Part shown: piece by piece, positions 1 through 9,162 of the stretch | Layout: each line of letters begins with the position of its first letter | How positions within the stretch are numbered: the stretch's first letter is position 1 | Origin: Bacteroidia bacterium | Lineage (GTDB): Bacteria; Bacteroidota; Bacteroidia; Palsa-965 | Length of the DNA: 64,000 bases | Assembly: GCA_044448685.1 (NCBI GenBank) | Contig: JBIOHC010000003.1 | Location: 72,865-136,864 of the forward strand | Direction of reading: 5' to 3' | Notes under the pieces: model-generated | Told to the model about the DNA's origin: nothing | Databases searched by the model: none | Seen by the model: only the letters and a program-made list of their open reading frames with translations | Program-made: the position numbers and the translations under genes

Positions 1-136
1 TCAATACCCTGGATTCTTCGGGCAGATCCCTGTTTCTGATTTTCTGTGAAACGATTTCCTGAAACAGTTGTTCCTGATAATCCCATGCCTCTTTGTAATC
101 TATAAGACCCAGATTATGAAAGAGGACTTTGTTCAT
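1..136 (-). CDS. lipB: Lipoyl(octanoyl) transferase LipB, N-terminal fragment. The gene runs off the window start.
   Basis: The reverse complement of 1..136 translates as MNKVLFHNLGLIDYKEAWDYQEQLFQEIVSQKIRNRDLPEESRVL with no stop before the window edge. The pattern resembles Bacteroidetes LipB N-termini (xLGLIxYxEAWxxQxxLF). Confidence 0.5.
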   Translation of the reverse strand, partial: MNKVLFHNLGLIDYKEAWDYQEQLFQEIVSQKIRNRDLPEESRVL

Positions 137-187
137 CGGTTGGAAGGAGCTGCTTTACCATGCATCCGGGCAAGGCTTGCCACGGCA

Positions 188-1171
188 TTATAATTTGGAA
201 AGATGGGTTTTAAGCTGATTGATGACATTGATTTCATTGGCATCATACCCGCGCCTCTCAGCAAGGTCAACGGAGATCCAGTCTCCCAGATGTATAAAAT
301 AAATGCTTTTCTCAATCATAGTCTTACCCTTTGACCAAAGCTCTGTAATATTCGGAGTATACGTTGAAATGACACTTTTGTTGATTTCTATCCTTGCATT
401 ATTCCGCTCATATTCCTCCTTATCACGAAACAGGATAATAGCAATGTTCTCATTCTTTTCTCTCCAGCCAACAAGTTCATTGTGGTTCATTTCCGGTATT
501 ACCTGGTGCCAGCAAAGCATTTTTGCGTTTTCATTTAATTGCTGACGAAAACGTACGGCAATTCCTTCAAAATAAGTGGTACAGTATATGACAGGAAGCT
601 TGCCATGAAGTTTCTGACTTACCAGCGCCGCTTCTTTGCGAATTGTTTCTTCTTCCGTATCAATAAGGCTGATTGAAGCTTCCAGGTCAGATTTTACATG
701 TGATCCTATGATCTGGTGAAACTGCAGGATAAATAATAGCTGTGTCAGGGAGTAACCCAGGCATGCCCTTGGAGGCATTCCACCGGGTACGGTAATCAGG
801 TCAAGCTTTTTTTCATGTGCTATTTCAGAAACTTTGCCTCCGGAAGAGACGCAAACTATTTTGGCCTTTTTTTTCAGGGCCTGTTCCATACAAAAGAGGG
901 TCTCTTCTGTATTTCCGCTATAGGAAGAAATAATAACGAGCGAAGCTTCACTTACATAAGCCGGAATAAAATATCCCTTGCTTACTAGTACAGGTACATT
1001 CGCTTCCAGCGCTACGAGTTCGGCAACAATACTCCCCCCTATTCCGGATCCGCCCAGACCGCAAATAAGAACATGCTCCGGCTTTGTTCCGGACTTTGTC
1101 AATACTGCCTTTTCACCGATCTTAATGGCTTCTTTAAGTTGTCCGGAGAATCCGGTAACCAGGTTCTTCAT
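188..1171 (-). CDS. Bifunctional phosphoglucose/phosphomannose isomerase (SIS-domain sugar isomerase).
   Basis: 327 aa. It has the LICGLGGSGIGGSIV SIS-type phosphosugar-binding motif and the two-SIS-domain length typical of archaeal-type PGI/PMI. Confidence 0.65.
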   Translation of the reverse strand: MKNLVTGFSGQLKEAIKIGEKAVLTKSGTKPEHVLICGLGGSGIGGSIVAELVALEANVPVLVSKGYFIPAYVSEASLVIISSYSGNTEETLFCMEQALKKKAKIVCVSSGGKVSEIAHEKKLDLITVPGGMPPRACLGYSLTQLLFILQFHQIIGSHVKSDLEASISLIDTEEETIRKEAALVSQKLHGKLPVIYCTTYFEGIAVRFRQQLNENAKMLCWHQVIPEMNHNELVGWREKNENIAIILFRDKEEYERNNARIEINKSVISTYTPNITELWSKGKTMIEKSIYFIHLGDWISVDLAERRGYDANEINVINQLKTHLSKL

Positions 1172-1205
1172 ATTGCTGCTTTTGAAGGGATAAAGATAGA
1201 AAAAA

Positions 1206-3041
1206 TCAGGGAGTGGGCGATTCCGCCTCTTTCGGGCTGTCCGAAGGGTGAAAGTGCCTGAATACCAGCATTCCTTTGGCTTTACCGAGCACTTTAATCA
1301 GTGCTTCAGCACTTGCTTCCTTCACTTGTTTTACCGACTTAAAAACACGGAGTAAGGTCTGTGCAGAAGTATGACTTATTCCCTTTATTCCGGTAAGCTC
1401 CGTTTTAATGGTTCCTTTTTCTCTTCGCTTGCGGTGGTGAGTAATTCCGAAACGGTGTGCTTCATCCCTTATCTGTTGAATGATTCTTAATGTTTCCGAC
1501 TTCTTATCCAGATACATAGGCATGGAATCTCCCGGATAGTAAATCTCTTCCAGGCGCTTGGCAATACCTATGATTCCGATTTTACCCCTTAAACCCAGTT
1601 TTTCCAGGCTGTGCAATGCTGCACTCAGCTGCCCCTTGCCTCCATCAATAACAATGAGCTGCGGCAGTTCACCCCCTTCTTCCTGCAACCTTCTGTAGCG
1701 CCGGTATATGACTTCCTCCATCGATGCAAAATCATCCGGCCCTTCCACTGTCCTGATATTGAAATGTCGGTAGTCTTTTTTGCTGGGACGGGTATCTTTA
1801 AAAACTGTCATCGCAGCCACCGGATAAGCTCCCTGTATATTGGAATTGTCGAAGCATTCTATATGACGGGGTTCAGACTGAAGACGCAAGTCCTTCATCA
1901 TTGTAGCAAGGATACGGCGGGTATGACGCTCAGGATCTACCAGGCTTTGCTGTCTCTGCTTTTCCTTGCGGTAGTATTCAACATTGCGGGCCGAAAGATC
2001 CAGCAATTTTTTCTTATCCCCCCTCTGTGGAATGACGAATTCAACACCGGGTATCTCTATACCGGGTGAGAACTGAACAATTATCTCTTTTGAGTCGCTC
2101 TGAAACCTGTTCCTGAATTCGGCAATTGCAATCTGTAACAGCTCTTCCTGATTCTCCTCTATTTTCTTCCTGAGTTCAATAGTATGCCCAAGTACTATTG
2201 CCCCATTCATCACTTTCAGGTAATTCACAAAAGCCGTGTCCTCATCCGATGCGATAGAGCAGACATCCACATTGGTGATGGAAGGACTCACAACGGTCGA
2301 CCGGCTTCTGTAGTTTTCAAGTATATCGGCTTTCTCTTTAATAGCCTGGGCTTTCTCAAATTCCATTTTACCTGCATGCAGCAACATTTGTTCTTTCAGG
2401 TGCTTGAGAGGCTCGGCAAAATTGCCCCGTATAATTTCTTCCATACGGGCAATGGAATCATTGTATTCTTCCTCCGACTGATGGCCTTCACAGGGTCCTT
2501 TGCAATTACCGATATGGTATTCGAGGCAAACCTTGAATTTCTTCTTTTCAATGCTCTCCTGATGCAGACTCAGATTGCAGTTACGGGTAGGATATAATTT
2601 ATGAATCAGATCGAGCAGGGCATGCATCATTTTTACATTGGCATACGGGCCAAAATACCGGGAGCCGTCGCGGAGCAGCCTGCGTGTATGAAACACCCTG
2701 GGAAAACGTTCATTCTTGATACAGATCCAGGGAAAGGTCTTGTCGTCTTTCAGTGCAACATTATAACGGGGCTGGTACTTTTTGATGAGATTGTTTTCCA
2801 GCAGGAGTGCATCCAGCTCGGTTTCGACAATGATGTATTTGATATCGGCAATACGGCGCACCAGCATGGCTGTCTTGGCCCTGTCATGATTTTTGACAAA
2901 ATAGGAGAGTACCCGTTTACGTAAATTGATTGCTTTACCTACATACAGTATTTTGCCCTCTTCATCAAAATACTGATACACACCGGGTGAATCCGGCAAA
3001 GAACGGAGCTGTTCGGCAAGCTTGTCGGGGGCGTTCTTCAT
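1206..3041 (-). CDS. uvrC: Excinuclease ABC subunit C (UvrC).
   Basis: 611 aa. N-terminal GIY-YIG motif (PGVYQYFDEEGKILYVGKAINLRKRV), a UvrBC-interaction region, and C-terminal RNaseH-like and HhH (GIKGISHTSAQTLL) domains. Confidence 0.9.
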   Translation of the reverse strand: MKNAPDKLAEQLRSLPDSPGVYQYFDEEGKILYVGKAINLRKRVLSYFVKNHDRAKTAMLVRRIADIKYIIVETELDALLLENNLIKKYQPRYNVALKDDKTFPWICIKNERFPRVFHTRRLLRDGSRYFGPYANVKMMHALLDLIHKLYPTRNCNLSLHQESIEKKKFKVCLEYHIGNCKGPCEGHQSEEEYNDSIARMEEIIRGNFAEPLKHLKEQMLLHAGKMEFEKAQAIKEKADILENYRSRSTVVSPSITNVDVCSIASDEDTAFVNYLKVMNGAIVLGHTIELRKKIEENQEELLQIAIAEFRNRFQSDSKEIIVQFSPGIEIPGVEFVIPQRGDKKKLLDLSARNVEYYRKEKQRQQSLVDPERHTRRILATMMKDLRLQSEPRHIECFDNSNIQGAYPVAAMTVFKDTRPSKKDYRHFNIRTVEGPDDFASMEEVIYRRYRRLQEEGGELPQLIVIDGGKGQLSAALHSLEKLGLRGKIGIIGIAKRLEEIYYPGDSMPMYLDKKSETLRIIQQIRDEAHRFGITHHRKRREKGTIKTELTGIKGISHTSAQTLLRVFKSVKQVKEASAEALIKVLGKAKGMLVFRHFHPSDSPKEAESPTP

Positions 3042-3122
3042 ATCCGGTACAAAGATAGCCCTTCTGCTTTGCCAGAAGCGTAATGAATGGGAAAGAAGTT
3101 CAGGAACCGGGTCTTCTTCCTT

Positions 3123-4085
3123 TTAAAACGAGGGGCAAGATCCCAGACGGTAATGCGGTTTATGTTTTTTACACGCAAAACCCATTGAAAATGAAATTTC
3201 ATGGGCACCTGCTGTCGAGTTTGTGAGCCTGGACATGGTAACATCATAGCTGTAACCAACTCTGAAAGTACCCAGATCGGCCCCCAGCAGAAGGATGAAT
3301 GCATCCATATTACGATACCAGAGCCCTACTACAATCGGACCCTTTTGAAGATACAAACCCAGATTCAGTTCCTGAAAATCCTGTTGTTTCTGCCAGATAA
3401 TATTCGGAGAGACTATTACATCAGAGTTTCCGTTTGGCCCTACCGGAATTTTCAGTCCTGCATGTGCTGTATATTTAATGGGTAATGTGCTGCTCCCGTC
3501 GTTAAACAGGGCTTCATTAGGCTGGGTAAGGTGGCTTGCAGCAAAACCGACAAAATAACGTTCGCTGAAGAGGACAGCTCCGGTAGAAAAATCAATATTG
3601 TTACGCGGACTTACATTGGGATTTTCAGCCGTATTACGTACAAACCCATTGATGGGATTGATCATATCCCCGAAGGTAAGCTTGCTCCAGTCGACCGATT
3701 TCTGACGATAGCTTACTTCCATGGCTGCTGCCAGTGAAACCTTCCGGTTCAGGGGCTGGTGATAGGAGTAAATGGCACTGATGGTATTGGTTTTTATTGT
3801 GCCTTCTCCGGATGCATCACTCGTTGCAATTAGCCCAACGCCCCCATGAATCCCATCCACCATTTTATCAAAAGAAACGCTGTTGGTTACAAAGGTTCCT
3901 GAAATATTCGGCCATTGATTCCTATAGTTGAAGCACAAGCGGGGGCAAAGTTTGCTTCCTGCCAATGCCGGATTGAGATAGATAGGGTTGGCATAAAATT
4001 GCGAAAACTGTGGGTCCTGAGCTACAAGGATGGAGGTACTTGCTATAAGGCAAAACAGGCCCAAAAGGAGTTTGGCTTTTTTCAT
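3123..4085 (-). CDS. Type IX secretion system membrane protein of the PorP/SprF family.
   Basis: 320 aa. Signal peptide followed by the hallmark DPQFSQFYANPIYLNPALAGS N-terminal motif of the PorP/SprF family. The predicted beta-barrel is glycine- and aromatic-rich. Confidence 0.8.
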   Translation of the reverse strand: MKKAKLLLGLFCLIASTSILVAQDPQFSQFYANPIYLNPALAGSKLCPRLCFNYRNQWPNISGTFVTNSVSFDKMVDGIHGGVGLIATSDASGEGTIKTNTISAIYSYHQPLNRKVSLAAAMEVSYRQKSVDWSKLTFGDMINPINGFVRNTAENPNVSPRNNIDFSTGAVLFSERYFVGFAASHLTQPNEALFNDGSSTLPIKYTAHAGLKIPVGPNGNSDVIVSPNIIWQKQQDFQELNLGLYLQKGPIVVGLWYRNMDAFILLLGADLGTFRVGYSYDVTMSRLTNSTAGAHEISFSMGFACKKHKPHYRLGSCPSF

Positions 4086-4159
4086 TGTCTTCCGTTTTAT
4101 GCCCGGCAGGATTGGGCGTTTATTGGAAGACGGGGGAAAGGTTAAAAGGTTGCCTCTTT

Positions 4160-4190
4160 AAAAAAGGGGCTGGCTCTGAAGGCAGCCAGC
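4160..4190 (-). terminator. Rho-independent terminator downstream of the anti-sigma gene.
   Basis: On the minus strand the sequence reads GCTGGCT-GCCTTCAG-AGCCAGC followed by CCCTTTTTT, about 30 nt after the anti-sigma stop codon. Confidence 0.5.
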
Positions 4191-4218
4191 AAGATGCAGG
4201 CTTGTCTGCCCTGGTAAA

Positions 4219-5157
4219 TCAATAGGGATCCAGGGGGCTGTGATTTTCCTTAAACTTAGGATTCTTCAGCTTGGTTTTCTTGAGTGTATCGGTTTTTACA
4301 GGGGCCGGATCAGCAGGTGAATTATCCGTTGTGGTCTTTTCAGCAGGAACAGGGGTTGTAACAGGTTCTGCCTTTTCAGCGGGTTTTTCCTTTTTGGACT
4401 TACGGGAGAATATGGATTTACGCTCCGATTTGCTTTTTGCAGCGGCTGTTTTGCTTTCAACAGGGCTTTCTTTTACGGAAGAATCCTTTTTAGAAGGGGG
4501 GTAAATGACAAAATCATTCCATCCTACATTCACTTCTGTTTGTACAGCATCTGTTCCGGTTTTTTCCCTGGTATTGAATATCACTCCCTTTTTCGGATCC
4601 ACCATATCCGGATAAATCCGGACTTTCTGGGCATCTGTTCCATTCAGCTGAGGCTGTATAGGTGCCACGGTAGATACATTTCTGTCAGCCTGCATACGAC
4701 GGTAAGAGGAGGATTCGTTGTTTTTGGAAGCGTTTCCTGCAGAAAGTAAATAGTTGGAGATTTTTTCGGTTTCGGTAGGGGCTGTGTCAAGGGTTTCTTC
4801 TTTTGCCGCAGCCATTACTTCAGGCTGTGGTTTTGGCTGTTCCTGTACTGTTTTTGCCGTTACAGGAACGGAGGTCATTTTAACAGGTGTTACAGATTCC
4901 TGAATTTGCTTTTCGTTTGTAGCGCGGCTTTTAGAACCGGCCGTCAGCCTTATCACCAGAAAAGCAAGAGCTGAGCAGGCAATAATGACTGCCACGGTAT
5001 TCAATGAAAACTTCCACTTAAACACAGGAGAATGCTGGGGCATAGCCTGGAGCCGGTTTTCCATATCGCTCCAGTCAGCCGGATCAAAAGAAGCCTCATA
5101 GCCTTCCATGGAAGACTTGACTTTTCTTTCGAAATCGTTATTTGCGTTATTTGTCAT
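4219..5157 (-). CDS. Putative anti-sigma factor. Membrane-anchored, with a long Pro/Lys/Thr-rich extracytoplasmic tail.
   Basis: 312 aa. Its start overlaps the stop of the upstream ECF sigma gene by 11 nt. The N-terminus (DFERKVKSSMEGYEASFDPADWSDMENRL) matches the typical Bacteroidetes anti-sigma N-terminal pattern. It has one transmembrane segment (VAVIIACSALAFLVI). The remainder is a low-complexity P/K/T/E-rich region. Confidence 0.55.
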   Translation of the reverse strand: MTNNANNDFERKVKSSMEGYEASFDPADWSDMENRLQAMPQHSPVFKWKFSLNTVAVIIACSALAFLVIRLTAGSKSRATNEKQIQESVTPVKMTSVPVTAKTVQEQPKPQPEVMAAAKEETLDTAPTETEKISNYLLSAGNASKNNESSSYRRMQADRNVSTVAPIQPQLNGTDAQKVRIYPDMVDPKKGVIFNTREKTGTDAVQTEVNVGWNDFVIYPPSKKDSSVKESPVESKTAAAKSKSERKSIFSRKSKKEKPAEKAEPVTTPVPAEKTTTDNSPADPAPVKTDTLKKTKLKNPKFKENHSPLDPY

Positions 5158-5767
5158 CTTTCAATTTGGTGATGAGTTGTGAAAGATTTTTTTTAAGATT
5201 GAATTTGGCCTTGTTCAGGTTTGATTTGCTGGTTCCTTCACTGATATCCAGCTTCTCTGCTATTTCCTTATGCGTGTATTCCTCCATCACAAAGAGGTTG
5301 AATACGGTTCTGTATGCCGGAGAAAGCTCCTGAATAGCCTTAATAATGTCCTCCTGGCGGATATTCCTGAACAAATCCTCTTCTTCTATCTCGTCTGTCT
5401 TTGTCACTCCCATATGGTTGGCATAAACAGTATTTACAATCAGGTATTCATGTCTGTTTTTCCGGATATGGTCAATGGCTGTATTGACCATAATCCTTCT
5501 TACCCATCCTTCAAAAGAACCGGTATGCCCGAAATTGCGGAGGTTCCCGTACACTTTCATAAAGGCCTCATTCAAAATGTCTTTCGCTTCATCCCTGTTC
5601 TTGGCATAACGCAGGCAAACGGCCATCATCTTCCCATGATATCGCTCATAAAGCAATTTCTGGCAGGTTCTGTCCTGCTTCACACAACCATGGATGAGAT
5701 CAGCTTCAGTCATAGAACCGGGTAAGTTCTCTGCAATTTGTACGTATATAGACGCAGAAGGATTCAT
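5147..5767 (-). CDS. RNA polymerase ECF-type sigma-70 factor.
   Basis: 206 aa. Sigma-70 region 2 (YHGKMMAVCLRYAKNRDEAKDILNEAFMKVY ... GWVRRIMVNTAIDHIRK) and region 4 (YRTVFNLFVMEEYTHKEIAEKLDISEGTSKSNLNKAK). Confidence 0.85.
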   Translation of the reverse strand: MNPSASIYVQIAENLPGSMTEADLIHGCVKQDRTCQKLLYERYHGKMMAVCLRYAKNRDEAKDILNEAFMKVYGNLRNFGHTGSFEGWVRRIMVNTAIDHIRKNRHEYLIVNTVYANHMGVTKTDEIEEEDLFRNIRQEDIIKAIQELSPAYRTVFNLFVMEEYTHKEIAEKLDISEGTSKSNLNKAKFNLKKNLSQLITKLKDDK

Positions 5768-5917
5768 TTGGTTGCCTCCGAGGGGTGATACCAGGACAAG
5801 AATACTACTATAAAATTAATGAAATTTCTTAAAAAAACAAGAAAACAGGAGGTCGGAACAGGAGAAAATGATATTATTTAACATTATAATAAGATATGAT
5901 CTACGTTTCGGAGCTTT

Positions 5918-7609
5918 TTAGCGCAATATCTTCCGTACAAAAGCCACTGTAAAGTAGCTCATGAGAAACACACCGGTAAAGCCTTCAAATGCTGCAACAG
6001 CCTTGAGGTAACCAACCGGAATATAGTCTCCATAACCGATTGTAAAGAAGGTTATGAAGCTGTAATAGAGGCTGTTCCAGAATTCATATTCATGATTCAG
6101 CTCCGGAGGTAATGTGCTTACGACAGCTCCCAACCCATGTGGACTATACGTAGTACCTGCATAATAAATAAGGCTGAAAAGGGTTACAGCCAGCAATGCA
6201 TTTGCCAGTACACGGGTCGGGGCTGTGGCATAACGTCCTATGAAATCGAAGACATACTTCTGAAAGTAATACTGAGGCCATGCTTTCAGGGCAGCCCGTG
6301 GGCCGGCTTTCAAACCTTCTTCCAGGCTGGCTTTTGATTCACAGCGTTTAAATTCCAGATAGGCACCGTCTTCATCTTCATACTGACCGTTATTCCTGAA
6401 GTTTTCCTTCAGAATCCGGAATTGCTCCGCCTTTTGGAACAAGGTTGTTTTTTTCTGATTATAAATAAGGTCGAATACATTATTTCCTCTCCAGTCAATA
6501 AATATCCTTCCCAGAATACGCATGTCAACAAAATTCATGGCTTGTATCACCACATTTTCGTTTTCCGGTTTCACATCCAGAATATCTCTTACAATGGTGT
6601 TGGTAAGATCTGCCATTGCACATTGCCCGAAGCGGAAGTCTGTATAACAATTCAAAGGACAGCCATGGAATGAAATTTCATCTGCTTTAGCCCTGTTGAA
6701 GCTCAGAGAGCCTGTTCCGAAATCAACCTGATCAAAATGCGCATTCCCCTTCCCGAAATCAGCCTGTTCAAATGATTTATGACCGATGCCAAAAACAGAA
6801 TTCCGGAATGTAACCCTCCCGTCACCGAATTCCACACCTTCAAAAGAAACATCTCCGTTGTTGAATTCAATACGCCTGAAATCTATACGCCCTCCTCCGA
6901 ATTCAACATTTTTAAAATCCTTTCTTCCTTTTCCGAAGCTCGCCCGTTCAAAGGTAATATCTCCCTTTGAAAATTTGGCGAATTTGAAATCCACATTGCC
7001 ATCACCGAAATACGTGTTTTTGAAATCCACATCCCCACTGCTGAAATCAACATCCACGAAATTCAGATCACCCGTGCCGAAATTGGTATTGTTAAAGGTA
7101 ACTGCTCCATCACCGAATTTAACAGACTGAAAGCTTGTGCTCCCGCTTCCGAATTTGGTACGTTTAAAACTGACCTTGCCATGGTTGAAATTTGCATTCG
7201 CAAAATTGGTTCTTCCGTTTCCGAAAATGGCTGATTCAAAGATTGCCTGGTCTCCTTCAAATTCGGCATAACTGAAATCCGTTGTTACGTCGCAATCGAA
7301 AAACGCTCTCTGTGCGTGCCATCCTTTAAGCTTTACACTGGCATGTTCTTCCAATCCATGAAGGGTTCTGTATTCAGACAGGGAAAAATTGAGTACATAA
7401 CAGCCATCTAACAGCAGTTCTTCTTCCCGTTCAATTTTGAGATAAAGTTCTTCCTTGCTTACAACACCGAAACGGTGTACTGCCACTTTTTTATCATTCT
7501 CATCAAAAAAACTGACTTCGGCACATTGATTTCTTCCGTGAAAAGGCTTGTCCTGGAATTCAACATGGAACCTGAGCAAATGATGTTCATGAAGGGGGCT
7601 TTCCAGCAT
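5918..7609 (-). CDS. Two-TM (KcsA-like) potassium channel pore domain fused to a large N-terminal cytoplasmic domain built from tandem 12-residue FGxG repeats (pentapeptide-repeat-like).
   Basis: 563 aa. The C-terminus shows M1 (VLANALLAVTLFSLIYYAG), a pore helix with the selectivity filter (FWNSLYYSFITFFTIGYGDYIP) and M2 (LKAVAAFEGFTGVFLMSYFTVAFV). The TIGYGD codons lie at 6026..6043 on the minus strand. Residues 120-307 form about 16 tandem copies of F[GS]xG[DN]hxFxxxx. Confidence 0.75.
   Translation of the reverse strand: MLESPLHEHHLLRFHVEFQDKPFHGRNQCAEVSFFDENDKKVAVHRFGVVSKEELYLKIEREEELLLDGCYVLNFSLSEYRTLHGLEEHASVKLKGWHAQRAFFDCDVTTDFSYAEFEGDQAIFESAIFGNGRTNFANANFNHGKVSFKRTKFGSGSTSFQSVKFGDGAVTFNNTNFGTGDLNFVDVDFSSGDVDFKNTYFGDGNVDFKFAKFSKGDITFERASFGKGRKDFKNVEFGGGRIDFRRIEFNNGDVSFEGVEFGDGRVTFRNSVFGIGHKSFEQADFGKGNAHFDQVDFGTGSLSFNRAKADEISFHGCPLNCYTDFRFGQCAMADLTNTIVRDILDVKPENENVVIQAMNFVDMRILGRIFIDWRGNNVFDLIYNQKKTTLFQKAEQFRILKENFRNNGQYEDEDGAYLEFKRCESKASLEEGLKAGPRAALKAWPQYYFQKYVFDFIGRYATAPTRVLANALLAVTLFSLIYYAGTTYSPHGLGAVVSTLPPELNHEYEFWNSLYYSFITFFTIGYGDYIPVGYLKAVAAFEGFTGVFLMSYFTVAFVRKILR
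6689..7252 (-). repeat. In-frame 36-bp periodic coding repeat encoding the FGxG 12-residue repeat array of the channel protein.
   Basis: About 16 consecutive 12-aa units, for example FGDGAVTFNNTN, FGTGDLNFVDVD, FSSGDVDFKNTY, FGDGNVDFKFAK, FSKGDITFERAS, FGKGRKDFKNVE, FGGGRIDFRRIE. Confidence 0.7.
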
Positions 7610-7729
7610 AGGAATGGGAAAAGTTGGTCTCCGAATGTAGTAAAAAAAATGCCAGCCCGGGTCTTTTTGAGGTTCATAAAGATTCTTACTTTAGCTGACC
7701 GAACCCATGTTTTCAATCTCCAAAAACTT

Positions 7730-8419
7730 ATGAAATCATTTTTCTCCCTTTCTGTGGCCGTTCTTCTTACCATACCAGCATTTGCTCTTGCTGAAAAGGA
7801 TTCTTCCGAGGTTCATCTTGTTGCCCATCATTTTTTTGCTGGCACGTTTTTTAATTTTTCTTCTAACGCCAATACCCGTACCAATGCAAGCACCCTGGCC
7901 CTGACAGGAACCTCATCCACAACATATGGAGGAGATCTCACCGGAGGCTTTATGCTGACTTCAAAATGGGCGTTTTTAATCAAAGGGGGGTATACTGAAA
8001 ACCGTCCTGTCACCTATCAGAATCAACCTGGTATTGGAAATATCAGCCTGAATGATGATGATATTGTCTATAATGTGACACCGACATTCCGTTATTACAA
8101 GCAATTGAATGATGATAATTTTTTCTTTTTGCAGGCCCGTTTCCCCATTTCATTCGGAACGTATTATACCGAAAATTATGACCCTTATAAAAGAGCCATA
8201 ACGTCCGATATCTATAACAAGTTCGGGCTGGGGGCATATATCATGCCCGGGTTTTCCTCTTTTGTTTCCAGACGTATTGCCGCTGAAATCTCGGCAGGCT
8301 CATTCGGCTATTCTTACTATGATGGTAAGGATGCCAAAGGTAATACTACCCATACCGGAGGCTTCGACGGGTTATTATACCTCAACAGTGTAAGTCTGGG
8401 TTTTGTTTTTTATTTTTAA
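7730..8419 (+). CDS. Putative outer-membrane beta-barrel protein (hypothetical, secreted).
   Basis: Start chosen at MKSFFSLSVAVLLTIPAFALA, which is a signal peptide. It lies inside the longer 7475..8419 ORF. The protein is aromatic- and glycine-rich with alternating hydrophobic residues, and ends in F (GFVFYF), as is typical of OMP C-termini. Confidence 0.45.
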   Translation: MKSFFSLSVAVLLTIPAFALAEKDSSEVHLVAHHFFAGTFFNFSSNANTRTNASTLALTGTSSTTYGGDLTGGFMLTSKWAFLIKGGYTENRPVTYQNQPGIGNISLNDDDIVYNVTPTFRYYKQLNDDNFFFLQARFPISFGTYYTENYDPYKRAITSDIYNKFGLGAYIMPGFSSFVSRRIAAEISAGSFGYSYYDGKDAKGNTTHTGGFDGLLYLNSVSLGFVFYF

Positions 8420-9030
8420 AGGGCTGCTGTTTCCCGGCTTTTTTCCATGGCTGCTTTTTCTGCGTCAGTCATATTGACAACTACATATTTACTGACATCA
8501 CCTATCTGAAGTTCATCAATAACATCCACGATTTTACCATAAGCTGTTTTTTCCATTGTTTTCAGAATAAAATAGGGAGCCTTCGGGTCTTCCTTGATTC
8601 GTTTTGCAGATTCCAGATATTCCTTTTTTGAAATGCTACCCGATTTGAATGCCACAGCCAATTCTTCTGTACGCTGTATGTCCGTTCTGTTGCGTTCAAC
8701 AATCAGCTTCCGGAGACCTCCTTTATCCAGTTCAATGGGTTTGAGTTCTGTAATGCCTTCTTTGAACATGCCATGATAATAAAAGAGCTTATCCTTTTCA
8801 CCAAGCAAGAGGGTATTTGCCAGGCTGTCCTTAACTTGCTGATGATCGGCCGATTCTTTGGGATATGACAATTCCATTACTCTTGGCTTTGCAAGTGTTG
8901 TTGCCAGGATAAAAAAGGTGAGCAGCAAAAATGCCAGATCCACCATAGGTGTCATATCGATTTTTGCCGGCCTGTTATCACGTCTTCTTCCCTTTTTAGG
9001 GCTTGTTTCATTGCTTTGAATATCTGCCAT
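8416..9030 (-). CDS. exbD: Biopolymer transport protein of the ExbD/TolR family. No exbB or tonB is adjacent.
   Basis: 204 aa. N-terminal ExbD signature (IDMTPMVDLAFLLLTFFI) with a single transmembrane segment and a periplasmic domain. Confidence 0.7.
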   Translation of the reverse strand: MADIQSNETSPKKGRRRDNRPAKIDMTPMVDLAFLLLTFFILATTLAKPRVMELSYPKESADHQQVKDSLANTLLLGEKDKLFYYHGMFKEGITELKPIELDKGGLRKLIVERNRTDIQRTEELAVAFKSGSISKKEYLESAKRIKEDPKAPYFILKTMEKTAYGKIVDVIDELQIGDVSKYVVVNMTDAEKAAMEKSRETAAL

Positions 9031-9162
9031 GGCTAAAGGGTTTGTTAGTTTACAGTGAAAATAATCCCTTCCTGAATACCGAACCAGTACTTATTAACGC
9101 CCGGTTGAATTCATTGTACCGATGGCTGTATCCGCCAAAAAAACGGTATGTCCGTTTTCGTT

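Noticed and set aside
133-315. 60-aa minus-strand ORF.
   Set aside because: It overlaps the 3' end of the PGI/PMI gene and the lipB start. It is short and unsupported.
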